64,000 nt of DNA from Pirellulales bacterium (GTDB taxonomy: Bacteria > Planctomycetota > Planctomycetia > Pirellulales > PALSA-1355): contig CAVTBU010000007.1 of the NCBI GenBank assembly GCA_963733035.1, positions 160,001-224,000 on the forward strand. The letters are read 5' to 3'. Both the position numbers and the translations under genes were made by a program. This document shows, one piece after another, positions 8,337 to 18,001 of this stretch. Every line of letters begins with the position of its first letter. Positions within the stretch are counted from its first letter, which is position 1. A model generated the notes under the pieces. That model was not told the DNA's origin. It did not search any database and saw only the letters and a list, made by a program, of their open reading frames with translations.

Positions 8337-9769
8337 ATGAAACGGGCCTGGGCGGTCATTCTCACGGTTGCCACGCTGGCCGGTTGCCGCACCGCGCAGC
8401 CGACGAATCCGTTCCTGCGCACGACGGTTCCGCCGCCGGCGACCACGCCCGGCGTTGTCGTTACGCCGGGGACGCCCTATGCCCAGGGTATCTCGCCACC
8501 CATGGTCACGACACCCGCCCCGGCTTTCACAACGCCGCCGCCCGTGACCACGCAGCCGGTTCCGGTCACTCCGGCGCCGGTTGCTCCGGTCGCGCCGATT
8601 ACCGCTCCGCCGCCAGTCGTACCTCAAGGTGACCGGTTTAATCCGCCGGGCGGCTCGTATCTCTATCACCAAAGCTCGCACGAATCGCCAGCGGCCAAGG
8701 TGAAGGCATCTGCAACGAAGCTCACCCGCAATATCCATTCTGACCGCGTGGTGGTACAAGCGTGCTACGCGCCGCCGGTCGACCGCCCCAACACCGAGAT
8801 GTCGCCAGACGGCTTCATCGAGAACCCCTACGTCGTACGGCCCCGCAAAGTCCAGAATCCGCAGGCGGCCTCGGAAGACGGCTACATCGAAAACCCGTAC
8901 GTGAAACAGAAATCCAAGCTGCCCTCGCGTCCGCCAGTCGCGCGGAGACAATCGAGCGTTTCGAAGCCACCGACCTCGAAGGTCCCCTCGCTCGTTAAAT
9001 CTCCTCGGTCTGCCAAACCACTGCCGACCAGCAAAGCAATGCCGCGCGTCGCCGGGCCACCCGTGGCCGCGCCGGCGCGACCCGTGGCGACGCTCAGCAT
9101 CGGCGACGCGCCGGACAGCAATCACAGCTGCCTGCCAAGGTGAGCGTGATGGGGCCGGCCGAGGGCAACGTCATTCGGATCCTGGGGGAGTCGTTGCCCA
9201 GTGCCGGTCGGGCGACAGTTGTTTCAACCTCACCGCACGCGCCCGTAAACAGGCAGGTATTGCGTGCCGGTGAGCCACAATCGCCCCAATCGCCAACCGT
9301 GCTTCGCATCACGGCCGGGGCGCCACAACCGTCGTTGCAATCGGTCGTCCAAGCGTCCGGCACTTCATCGGAATCGAAGGTTGCGGTCCTGATTCCCGGC
9401 GGCAACACGGGCACCGCGGCCACATTTGTCTCTCCCAACGGCCACGACGAGCCGGTCGTCCAGACGACCTTTCAACCCAGTACGAATGGCGCAACGCCCC
9501 CCTATGGCCATACCCCGGATTACCGCACGCTGCGTGGCCGGTTGGAATACTCGCAAAGTCAGCGGCAATGGAAACTCCGTTATATCCCGATCGATGGGCA
9601 AACCGACCGGTTCGGTGGCAGTGTCATGCTTCCAGACGAGGCTGTTCAGGGGCGATTTCAACCGGGTGACTTTGTTGTCATCGAGGGGGCGCTGATCGAT
9701 AAAAACGCCTCCTCCAGCGGCTTCGCCCCGCGCTACCAGCCGACCACGATCATGGCGGCCGGCCGCTGA
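8337..9769 (+). CDS. Pro-rich lipoprotein with a small C-terminal beta domain; probably one gene split by an indel near 9125-9140
   Basis: MKRAWAVILTVATLAGC lipobox and AGGAG RBS; DG(F/Y)IENPYV twice; C-terminal YGHTPDYRTLRGRLEY...WKLRYIP...FGGSV in the next frame (9140-9769). Confidence 0.6.
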
Positions 9770-9975
9770 ATCGGTGACTCTTGGCCCCGCTGCACCAACT
9801 TTCCACCCGCCCCGGGCCGGCTTTTCGGCAATAGACGCGTGGCTTAAGATAGAATAACCGTGCTAGAGGCCACGTCTTTTCGGTCCAGAGACCCAGTTCC
9901 CCGTCGTCCCCCAGGCGCCGACCGCGTAGCAGGTGGTCGGACCCGGAAGTGGCCGACGGAAGAGGTTCGTTGTCT

Positions 9976-11955
9976 ATGCAACCCGGCCCTTCGATCGCTT
10001 CCAGGTCCCTGGCCGACGGTTTGCGCACGCCGCTGCAGACGGTATCGAACGGTCTGGCCCGGCGCCAAATCGCCCGTTGGACGGCGCGGTTGCCCAAGAT
10101 CGCGTCCTATGAAGAAGAGCTGAAGCAACTTTCGGCCTTCGATATGCGGAAACGGAGCCTTTCGCTCCGCTATCGGTTGAAGAGTCACGAGCCGGTCGAC
10201 CAGCTCCTGCCCGAGGCATTTGCCTTGGTGCGCGAAGCCGGTCGTCGCACGCTCAACATGCGACACTTCGACGTGCAGATGCTCGGCGGCATGGCCATGC
10301 ATCATCGCTCAATCGCCGAAATGCAGACGGGCGAAGGCAAGACGCTTACCGCCACGCTGCCTCTCTACCTGGCGGCGCTCGAGGGTAAAGGGGCTCACCT
10401 GGCCACGGTCAACGACTATCTGGCCCGCCGCGACGCCGAATGGATGACGCCCATCTACGAAAGCCTGGGCATTACGGTCGGTGTCGTCGAAACGAAGATG
10501 AACCAGGCCCAGCGACGCAAGGCCTATGCCTGCGATATCACCTACGGCACGGCCAAGGAGTTCGGCTTCGACTTCCTCCGCGACCGTTTGCTGCTACGCC
10601 GCATTGGCGAGGGACAAACCGACTTCTTGGGCGGTATGCTCGGCATGAACGCCGACTCGGGCGGTGAGCGGCCGGTGCAGCGCACGCCGTACTTCGTACT
10701 GGTCGACGAAGCCGATAGCATCCTGATTGACGAAGCCCGCACGCCGCTGATCATCAGCGCGCTGCCGAGCGAAGCCCAAATTATCGCCGTGGAGTGCTAC
10801 AAGTGGGCCGCATCCGTGGCCAATCAGTTCGAGGAGGACGAACACTACGAATACGATCACGAGCGCAAAACCGTTGAGTTGACGGCCGAAGGCCGCCGGC
10901 TGGTACGCAATCTGCCCAAGCCGGACGAAATGCACGCCGTCGGCATGTTCAGCATCTACGAATACATCGAACGCTCGGTCAAGGTCGAGCGCGAGTTTGT
11001 CCGCGACCGGCAATACGTCGTCCGCGACGGCGAAGTGGTGATCGTCGACGAATTCACCGGCCGCGCCGCCGAGGGCCGCAAGTGGCGCGCCGGCCTGCAT
11101 CAGGCCGTCGAAGCCGCCGAAGCCGACGTGGAGGTGACTGCCGAGGCCGGCCAGGCCGCCCGTATTACGGTGCAGGATTACTTCCATCTCTATCCGCATC
11201 TGTCGGGCATGACCGGTACGGGCATCACATCGGCCGCCGAATTGCGCAAGATCTACAAAATCCGCGTGCTGCAGGTACCGACCAATCGTCCAGCGATTCG
11301 CGAGCGCTGGCCCGACCGCGTCTTTGGCACCGACGACGAAAAATGGAATGCGATCGTCGAGGAGGTCGACGAAGTGCACGCGACGGGTCGACCGATCCTG
11401 ATCGGTACCCGGTCGATTGACAAGTCCGAACACCTCTCGATGCTGCTCAAACGGAAACACATCGAGCACGAAATTCTGAATGCCAATCACATCGAGGAGG
11501 AGGCCGAAATCGTTGCCAAGGCTGGCGGCCGTGGACGCGTGACGGTTTCCACGAACATGGCCGGACGCGGCACCGACATCAAGCTGGGCGACGGCGTTTT
11601 TGAACTGGGCGGGTTGCACGTGATCATGACCGAGATGCACGACTCGGCCCGCATCGATCGCCAATTGGCCGGCCGTTGCGGCCGACAGGGCGACCCAGGT
11701 ACCTACCGCGTCTACCTCTCGTTGGAAGACGAATTGTTGTTGGGTCTGGGGCCGGAAAAGGCCAAGTACTACCACGAATTTGGCGCCGAGCGGCCCGGCC
11801 GCTACGACCATCTGGCACGCCTATTCCACAAGGCTCAGCGTTTGCTCGAGCGGCGTCACTTCCGCGATCGCAAGATCCTGATGTACCACGAAAAGGAGCG
11901 CAAGAAACTGCAGATTCAAATGGGCCAGGATCCCTATCTCGACACGCCCGGTTAA
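9976..11955 (+). CDS. secA: SecA paralog (~660 aa) truncated after NBD2 and the start of the helical scaffold
   Basis: MQTGEGKT, VNDYLARRD, VDEADSILIDEARTPL, TNMAGRGTDI, RIDRQLAGRCGRQGDPG; ends about 70 aa after SLEDELL. Confidence 0.9.
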   Translation: MQPGPSIASRSLADGLRTPLQTVSNGLARRQIARWTARLPKIASYEEELKQLSAFDMRKRSLSLRYRLKSHEPVDQLLPEAFALVREAGRRTLNMRHFDVQMLGGMAMHHRSIAEMQTGEGKTLTATLPLYLAALEGKGAHLATVNDYLARRDAEWMTPIYESLGITVGVVETKMNQAQRRKAYACDITYGTAKEFGFDFLRDRLLLRRIGEGQTDFLGGMLGMNADSGGERPVQRTPYFVLVDEADSILIDEARTPLIISALPSEAQIIAVECYKWAASVANQFEEDEHYEYDHERKTVELTAEGRRLVRNLPKPDEMHAVGMFSIYEYIERSVKVEREFVRDRQYVVRDGEVVIVDEFTGRAAEGRKWRAGLHQAVEAAEADVEVTAEAGQAARITVQDYFHLYPHLSGMTGTGITSAAELRKIYKIRVLQVPTNRPAIRERWPDRVFGTDDEKWNAIVEEVDEVHATGRPILIGTRSIDKSEHLSMLLKRKHIEHEILNANHIEEEAEIVAKAGGRGRVTVSTNMAGRGTDIKLGDGVFELGGLHVIMTEMHDSARIDRQLAGRCGRQGDPGTYRVYLSLEDELLLGLGPEKAKYYHEFGAERPGRYDHLARLFHKAQRLLERRHFRDRKILMYHEKERKKLQIQMGQDPYLDTPG

Positions 11956-12150
11956 ACAACTGTCTGGCGGCAGCGCTCGCAGCGCCAGGCATATGCCGCT
12001 CGACGCGCGGTTGTACGCGTGCTAGCTCTTCGCTAGACTTCGCCTGGGGCGGGGAACAAAAAGGCGAGCCATGACAAGACTTTCGGCACTCTGTTGTGCG
12101 CGCTGTTTTTACGCCGCGCCTGGGTCCACATTGCGAGGCTGCCGCGGCCG

Positions 12151-13641
12151 ATGGGCGTGATGCACTTTCTGGTTCCCCGTCGCGATCGCGTGGGGGCGGA
12201 TGCCGCCCAGCGGGCATATTTCGCCGGCATCGACGAAGTCCCGTGGCTCGCACGCATTCATTGGAATGACGAGGGACTCGTCGTCGAGCGAGCGGAGTGC
12301 GACTCGGGCAACTTTTTTGTTCCGTACGTGGTCGAAGGGCGTGGCGAATTGATGCTCGCGACCGCCAGCCTGATGGAGCGGCCGCGTCCCTACCACCTGC
12401 ACGTCGAACTTGCTCGCGGCACGCTCAATCGGCTGCGCAATCAACTGGCGTCGTTTACCGCCTCCGGCGTGCCGCTTCCCGCGTCGCTCCCTGACCTCAT
12501 GCGTCGGGCCCACGAACAACTGTCCGCGGCGGTCACCCGGCAAGATGATTCGATGGAAGCCGCCCGATTGTCGGATGCCGCCCTTGGCACCACACTCGAT
12601 GCGGTCGAGTTGCTCTCGGCGTCGTACGCCAAGAGCGTCGTTGCCGCGCGCCTCCGTGCCGCGGGCAAACTGACGACGCTGCTGGGCGTCAACTTGGGTA
12701 CCACGCAACCTTCCGGTGCGTTGGCCTCACAACTCAGCGCGACGTTCAACACCGCGCAAGTGCCGCTTGCGTGGCGCAGCATCGAAGCCCGCGAAGGGCA
12801 TCGCGACTTTTCGCTGGTCGACGCGCAGATCGACTGGGCTCGCTCGGCCGGTTTCAAAGTCTGCGGTGGGCCGCTGCTATCGATCGACAAATGGACGCTT
12901 CCCGATTGGATGTACCTATTCGGCGAGGACGATATCGACAGCTTTCGCTCTTGCGTCTCGGAACACATTCAATCCGTGGTGGCCCACTGCCAAGGCCGCG
13001 TGCACCTCTGGATTTGCTCGGCGGGGCTGAACCTGGAAAACGAGTTCGAGCACCCCGAGGAAGAACGCCTGCGGCTGGCGGTGTTGGCCATTGAAAGCAT
13101 CCGCCGGCAGGATCCACGGGCGCCGATCGTGCTCTGCGTCGATCAGCCGTGGGGAGCCTTCATGGGTCATGAGGAATACGATCTCTCGCCGCTGCATTTC
13201 GCCGATGCCCTGGTTCGGGCCGAGCTAGGGCTGGCTGGCATCGGCCTGCAACTGAATGTCGCCTACATGCCCGGTGGCAGCGAACCGAGAGACGCGCTCG
13301 AATTCGGCAGGCAAATGGATCGCTATAGTTCACTCGGCCTGCCGCTGTTGGTCTCGCTAACGGTTCCCAGCGGCAGCACGTCCGACCCGCATGCGCTGCG
13401 CAAGAGCCAGGTGATTCAGTACGCACCGGGCGACAGCCTCTCTCCCGCCACGCAACGCGATTGGGGCGGACAGATTTTGCCAATGCTGCTGGCCAAGCAG
13501 CCCGTGCAGGGCATCCTCTGGAACCAACTGCTCGACAGCCAGCCCCACGAACTTCCGCACGGCGGCCTGTACGACCAGCGCGATCACGCGAAGCCCATCG
13601 TCGAACAGTTGAAAAAGCTACGGCGGGAGAATCTGGCGTAG
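12151..13641 (+). CDS. GH10 (endo-xylanase)-like TIM-barrel protein with an extra N-terminal domain; catalytic glutamates apparently absent
   Basis: FNTAQVPLAWRSIE...DFSLVDAQIDWA...GFKVCGGPL...LPDWM matches the GH10 barrel. No signal peptide. Confidence 0.65.
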   Translation: MGVMHFLVPRRDRVGADAAQRAYFAGIDEVPWLARIHWNDEGLVVERAECDSGNFFVPYVVEGRGELMLATASLMERPRPYHLHVELARGTLNRLRNQLASFTASGVPLPASLPDLMRRAHEQLSAAVTRQDDSMEAARLSDAALGTTLDAVELLSASYAKSVVAARLRAAGKLTTLLGVNLGTTQPSGALASQLSATFNTAQVPLAWRSIEAREGHRDFSLVDAQIDWARSAGFKVCGGPLLSIDKWTLPDWMYLFGEDDIDSFRSCVSEHIQSVVAHCQGRVHLWICSAGLNLENEFEHPEEERLRLAVLAIESIRRQDPRAPIVLCVDQPWGAFMGHEEYDLSPLHFADALVRAELGLAGIGLQLNVAYMPGGSEPRDALEFGRQMDRYSSLGLPLLVSLTVPSGSTSDPHALRKSQVIQYAPGDSLSPATQRDWGGQILPMLLAKQPVQGILWNQLLDSQPHELPHGGLYDQRDHAKPIVEQLKKLRRENLA

Positions 13642-13735
13642 TGCGCGACGAATTACGCCAGTCTTCAGATTCGTATGCCTTTGGCCCTCGTTTAGCTCCT
13701 GTTCGGCGATCTTGCCTGGTGACTAGAATGCGGCA

Positions 13736-14107
13736 ATGAGCGGAGTCGATGGCAATCCTTTTGCGAGCCCGAGGGATTCACGTACGGGCGGAACACGCCT
13801 ATCGACCGTGCGGCCCAGCCGGCTGAGACGGATGGCTGCCGTTGGCGCATACCTTTCCGCTGCGATCTGTATGCTGATTTGTTTGACAGGAGTCATTGGT
13901 CTGACGATTAGGCTGTGGCGAGGGGTCGTTGTCACATTCGATTGGGTCGTCATGGCCGCGACGGGATGTGTCGGCCTTTGGGCCGCGGTTCTGGTTGCCG
14001 TAGGACTGCTCCTACAGAGTCGGCCGCGAGGCAAGGCCGAATGGGTCGTCCTGGTATTCTTCGCGATATTCAGCATCGCGATATCCGTGATCAAGACGAC
14101 TTTCTGA
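13736..14107 (+). CDS. Small membrane protein (3 TM) with an N-terminal NPFASP motif
   Basis: Three hydrophobic segments; NP(F/Y)xxP N-terminal motif common in planctomycete membrane proteins. Confidence 0.6.
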   Translation: MSGVDGNPFASPRDSRTGGTRLSTVRPSRLRRMAAVGAYLSAAICMLICLTGVIGLTIRLWRGVVVTFDWVVMAATGCVGLWAAVLVAVGLLLQSRPRGKAEWVVLVFFAIFSIAISVIKTTF

Positions 14108-14280
14108 GATTCAGTTGCGTGCTTGGAATGCATGGCGTCATTAATCCACCGCTCAAGGCCACTTTGCTATCGGTGGGCCGTGCCGTAATCCGTATCTCAT
14201 GGTGCCTTGCGACTCCGCGAGTTGGGCCCGATAATGACCGGCTTTCACCCCGCACTTACTCTTAGGGAGTCCTTTCGCTG

Positions 14281-15183
14281 ATGTCGCTTCTGGTCGTGGG
14301 TTCCGTGGCTTTGGATAGTGTCGAAACGCCTACCGAAAAGCGCGATAACGTGCTGGGGGGCTCGGCGGTCTTTTTCTCGTACGCCGCCAGCTACTTCACC
14401 GGCGTGCGGCTGGTGGGCGTCGTCGGCGAGGATTGGCCCGGCGAGCATACCGAGTTGCTTTCCAAGCAGGGAATCGACACCGCCGGCTTGCAGGTCGTGC
14501 CTGGCGCCAAGACGTTTCGCTGGCGGGGCAAGTATCAGCCGAACATGAACGACCGCGAGACGCTCGAGATTCACCTCAACGTCTTCGAGACGTTCGACCC
14601 GGTGATTCCCGAGAGCTATCAGGACTGCAAGTTCCTGTTCCTGGCCAACGGCGCGCCCACGCTGCAAATGAAGGTGCTCGAACAGATGCCCAATGCCCAG
14701 TTGGTCGTGGCCGATACGATGGACCTGTGGATCAACATTCAAAACGACGAACTCCGCGCGCTGCTCAAGCGGATCGACGGGCTGGTGCTCAACGACTCCG
14801 AGGCCAAGCTGCTGACCGACGATGAGAACCTGGTCCGCGCTGGCCACAAGGTCCGCGAGATGGGCCCCAAGTTCGTCGTTATTAAGAAGGGTGAGCACGG
14901 CGCGATGTTCTTCAGCAAGGACGAAACGTACGTGATGCCGGCCTATCCGACCCCCGACGTCATCGACCCCACCGGCGCCGGCGACAGCTTTGCCGGCGGC
15001 ATGATGGGCTACCTGACCGAGCAGAAGGACGCCAGCCCCCAAACCCTCAAACAAGCCTTGGCCTACGGCACCGTGGTGGCCAGCTTCAACGTCGAGGACT
15101 TCAGCCTGGAGCGGATGAAGAAGATCGCCCGGCCGCAACTCGAAGCGCGAATGCAGGAGTATCGGAGGATGTTGTCGTTCTAA
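14281..15183 (+). CDS. PfkB family carbohydrate/nucleoside kinase
   Basis: VVGSVALD, GGSA, IKKGEHG, DPTGAGDSFAGG. Confidence 0.92.
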   Translation: MSLLVVGSVALDSVETPTEKRDNVLGGSAVFFSYAASYFTGVRLVGVVGEDWPGEHTELLSKQGIDTAGLQVVPGAKTFRWRGKYQPNMNDRETLEIHLNVFETFDPVIPESYQDCKFLFLANGAPTLQMKVLEQMPNAQLVVADTMDLWINIQNDELRALLKRIDGLVLNDSEAKLLTDDENLVRAGHKVREMGPKFVVIKKGEHGAMFFSKDETYVMPAYPTPDVIDPTGAGDSFAGGMMGYLTEQKDASPQTLKQALAYGTVVASFNVEDFSLERMKKIARPQLEARMQEYRRMLSF

Positions 15184-15267
15184 TCATCGGTTCCATGATC
15201 TTGGTGGATCGCTTGCAGTCGCCTGCCCACATGGCACCGGCGAATCCAAGTCCGGGAACATCGACGT

Positions 15268-15738
15268 ATGATCACCGGCCTGTTTGAAACCCATATCAAC
15301 GTGACGAATCTCGAGCGCTCGCTGGCGTTCTATCGTGACGTGCTGGGGCTTGAAGTCGGGCGCGTCGAAGAGGACCGGCCCGTTGCGTTCCTGTGGATGG
15401 GCAGCCGCGGCGAGGCAATGTTGGGGCTGTGGGAAAAACCGCCGGAGCAGGTTTTGCCACAGCATTTTGCCTTTCGTTCAACGGTCGACGACGTGCTCGA
15501 GCGTTCGGTGGCGTGGCTGGCCGAACGGGGGCTCGACTGCCACAATTTTTTGAACGACGGTACACGGCGACCGATGGTGTTTGCCTGGATGCCGGCCGTG
15601 GCCCTTTACTTCGACGACCCGGATGGCCACTTGCTGGAGCTAATTGCCATGCTCCCCGGCCAGCCGCGCCCCGAGTTGGGTGTTGTCTCTTGGGAGTCGT
15701 GGCAAAACAAGGTCCAGCAACAGGCCCAGCAACAATAG
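15268..15738 (+). CDS. VOC/glyoxalase family protein
   Basis: ETHINVTNLERSLAFYRDVLGL, HFAF, YFDDPDGHLLELI. Confidence 0.9.
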   Translation: MITGLFETHINVTNLERSLAFYRDVLGLEVGRVEEDRPVAFLWMGSRGEAMLGLWEKPPEQVLPQHFAFRSTVDDVLERSVAWLAERGLDCHNFLNDGTRRPMVFAWMPAVALYFDDPDGHLLELIAMLPGQPRPELGVVSWESWQNKVQQQAQQQ

Positions 15739-15787
15739 ATCGCGCCCGGCCAACCGCCGCGTCCCCGAACGCATATAATGGACCGTC

Positions 15788-16366
15788 ATGTCGCAAATCA
15801 TTCGCACGTTTGTCGCCGTTGAGATACCACTGGAAACGAAGGACAAAGCCCGCCGGGTGATCTCGGAGCTCGCCGTCACGCCGGCCAAGGTCAAATGGGT
15901 GGAACCTCTGCATTTGCACTGGACGCTCAAGTTCCTGGGCGACGTCGACATTCTCGAAACGCCGGCCATTTGCGAGGCGGTCGCGCGCGCCGCCGAGCCG
16001 CTAGCCTGCTTTGAGGTCGAAACGCACGGCGTGGGAGCCTTTCCCGACTCGCGCCGGCCGCGGACGGTGTGGCTGGGAATGCGGCGGGGCTGCGAGCAGA
16101 TGATCGAATTGCACGATGCCATTGAGTTCGAGCTGGCGAAGCTGGGGTACCGCTCTGAAAACCGCCGCTTCCGACCGCACCTGACCATCGGCCGCGTGCG
16201 GCAAAGTCCCGCGGGCGTTGACGAGTTGGGCGGCCTGATCGACCAGCGCAACGACTTTGACGGCGGCGTTTCGCTGGTCGACGAGGTGGTCGTCTTTTCC
16301 AGTATCCTCAGCCGCGACGGGCCGACCCACGAACCGTTGTGCCACGTGGAGTTAAAGGGGCACTAG
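15788..16366 (+). CDS. thpR: RNA 2',3'-cyclic phosphodiesterase (2H phosphoesterase)
   Basis: RTFVAV and two HxT motifs (LHWTLKFLG, FRPHLTIGR). Confidence 0.92.
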   Translation: MSQIIRTFVAVEIPLETKDKARRVISELAVTPAKVKWVEPLHLHWTLKFLGDVDILETPAICEAVARAAEPLACFEVETHGVGAFPDSRRPRTVWLGMRRGCEQMIELHDAIEFELAKLGYRSENRRFRPHLTIGRVRQSPAGVDELGGLIDQRNDFDGGVSLVDEVVVFSSILSRDGPTHEPLCHVELKGH

Positions 16367-16530
16367 ATTCGCCGCCGTGTGGCGAGCGACACACCCGAAA
16401 ATCGGTCGCACAGAACGCCCCCTAGCGAGCACCTCCGGGGTTGCGCGATGTTCGGGTGACGGTGCGTTAGCGGAAAAACAAAGCGCTTTTCATGTCGGCT
16501 AGGCTATTTTGGAATTCCCCCATTATTTCT

Positions 16531-16582
16531 TGTCAGGAATATGTCAGCAGCGGCCAAAAGGATGTCAGGACACAGGGTGTCA
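16531..16582 (+). promoter_or_regulatory. TGTCA direct repeats (OmpR/PhoB-type box) upstream of the PEP-CTERM gene
   Basis: TGTCA at 16531, 16542, 16563 and 16578; the first pair is exactly 11 bp apart. Confidence 0.4.
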
Positions 16583-16647
16583 AACGTATGCCGCTCATCG
16601 TCGGTATGCAGGTACGAAAGCGCCAACCAAAAATGGGCGAGGAAGAC

Positions 16648-17508
16648 ATGACAACCGCCAGAAGGACAAGCCGAATCGCACTTCAAGTCGGCATTTCAAA
16701 ATGGGTTCTCGCTGCCCTTTGCGTCGCAACGACACTCTCCTTGGAAGCGCCTGCAGAAGCTGCCGTCTTCTTCAATGACTCGGTGCATGCCGGTAGTCCT
16801 GCCAACGCCACCAACTACAGCGGGTATATGGCCGACGGCGGTGGTTTCGAGACGCCGAGCGGTCTCTTGAGAGATTTCACCACCGGCGTCTACTCGTCAA
16901 TCACTGCCACTCTTTCGGGGACGAATATCAGCGGCAGCATTTCTGGCGCACCCAGCGTCGGCACCGATGCCTATGACGTCTTCAACGGCAAGGTTAACCT
17001 CGGCGATTGGAGCACTTCCTATAACAGCTCATCCAGCGGCTGGTCCTATCAGGTCACATTTACCGGACTTGACCCTAGCAAAACGTATGAGTTTGTAACG
17101 ACGGCCAACCGCAACAACGCATCATATGCCGGGAACGGCAGCACTTCGCGGTGGACCGAATTCTCGATCGTTGGTGCTGACACGTACACGAACGCCAGCA
17201 CGGCCGGCGTGACCGAAATCTCGCCCGATGTCGTGGAATTCAACACTGGCTATAACACGGTTAACGGCTATGTAGCTCGGTGGACTGGTATCACAGCGGC
17301 TGACGGCAGTTTTACGGTTATCTCACAGAACGTCGGTGCTGGTGGCCCAGGCGAGGCCAACAAGTCATACGGGATGGAAGGATTCATGCTGGCCGAGGCC
17401 GCTGTAGCGCCTGCAGTTCCCGAGCCAACGAGCATCGCCGTCTGGTCGCTGCTTGGAATCGCCGCTTGTTGCGCAGGATGGTGGAGACGACGAAAGCGAG
17501 CGGTGTAA
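16648..17508 (+). CDS. PEP-CTERM sorting-domain surface protein
   Basis: Signal peptide (AEA-A), Ser/Thr/Gly/Asn-rich beta domain, then VPEPTS + TM + RRRKR. Confidence 0.9.
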   Translation: MTTARRTSRIALQVGISKWVLAALCVATTLSLEAPAEAAVFFNDSVHAGSPANATNYSGYMADGGGFETPSGLLRDFTTGVYSSITATLSGTNISGSISGAPSVGTDAYDVFNGKVNLGDWSTSYNSSSSGWSYQVTFTGLDPSKTYEFVTTANRNNASYAGNGSTSRWTEFSIVGADTYTNASTAGVTEISPDVVEFNTGYNTVNGYVARWTGITAADGSFTVISQNVGAGGPGEANKSYGMEGFMLAEAAVAPAVPEPTSIAVWSLLGIAACCAGWWRRRKRAV

Positions 17509-17868
17509 ACAGCACTAGCTGACACTGCTCTGGCGGACCGATCGCACCATCGGGCGAAACGTGGTCGGTGCGAATGTCGGCGCTCATCCGAGGAATCCGC
17601 CGCGCCAAATCTTCGGCTTGTGGATCGGTGATCGCGCCCACGCTAGGCAACAGCTTTCGGGTAACAACAAGCCCGGTTGTTCCAAGTGCCACAGGTCTCG
17701 CTCGGCAGTTGTTTCGGGCGTCAGCTCTAGCTGCGGCGACGACGGACGTCTGCCGGTCTAAGGGGAATTGGCCCTCAATTTGGCTCGCCACCCGCTTGGG
17801 CCGTTTGCTAAGATGCTGGTGGCCGAGGGCGGAGTTGCCGGCCTCAGCAATTTCTGCGTACTTGGCTC

Positions 17869-17910
17869 TTGCAGAACCGGCCGAACGCCGATAGTATGTA
17901 CATGCGTTCA
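17869..17910 (+). promoter_or_regulatory. recA promoter TTGCAG-N17-TAGTAT with an overlapping candidate SOS (LexA) box TGTAC-N4-GTTCA
   Basis: -35 at 17869-17874, -10 at 17892-17897, GTAC-ATGC-GTTC at 17898-17909. Confidence 0.6.
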
Positions 17911-18001
17911 CTGGTGCGAACGGGCGGCAAAGGGGGCTTCCCAACTTGTCGCATGATTCGCACCTGCCGGCCGTTCTTCAAGCACAAGGAAGCCCGACAC
18001 G

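Noticed and set aside
10594..11811. Long antisense ORFs opposite secA, and likewise opposite recA, alaS, asd, pyk and the HTTM gene
   Set aside because: Shadow ORFs produced by high-GC codon bias on the strand opposite confident genes.
17384..17944. 186-aa minus-strand ORF and other ORFs between the PEP-CTERM gene and recA
   Set aside because: It overlaps the PEP-CTERM gene and recA promoter and has no recognisable motif or RBS.
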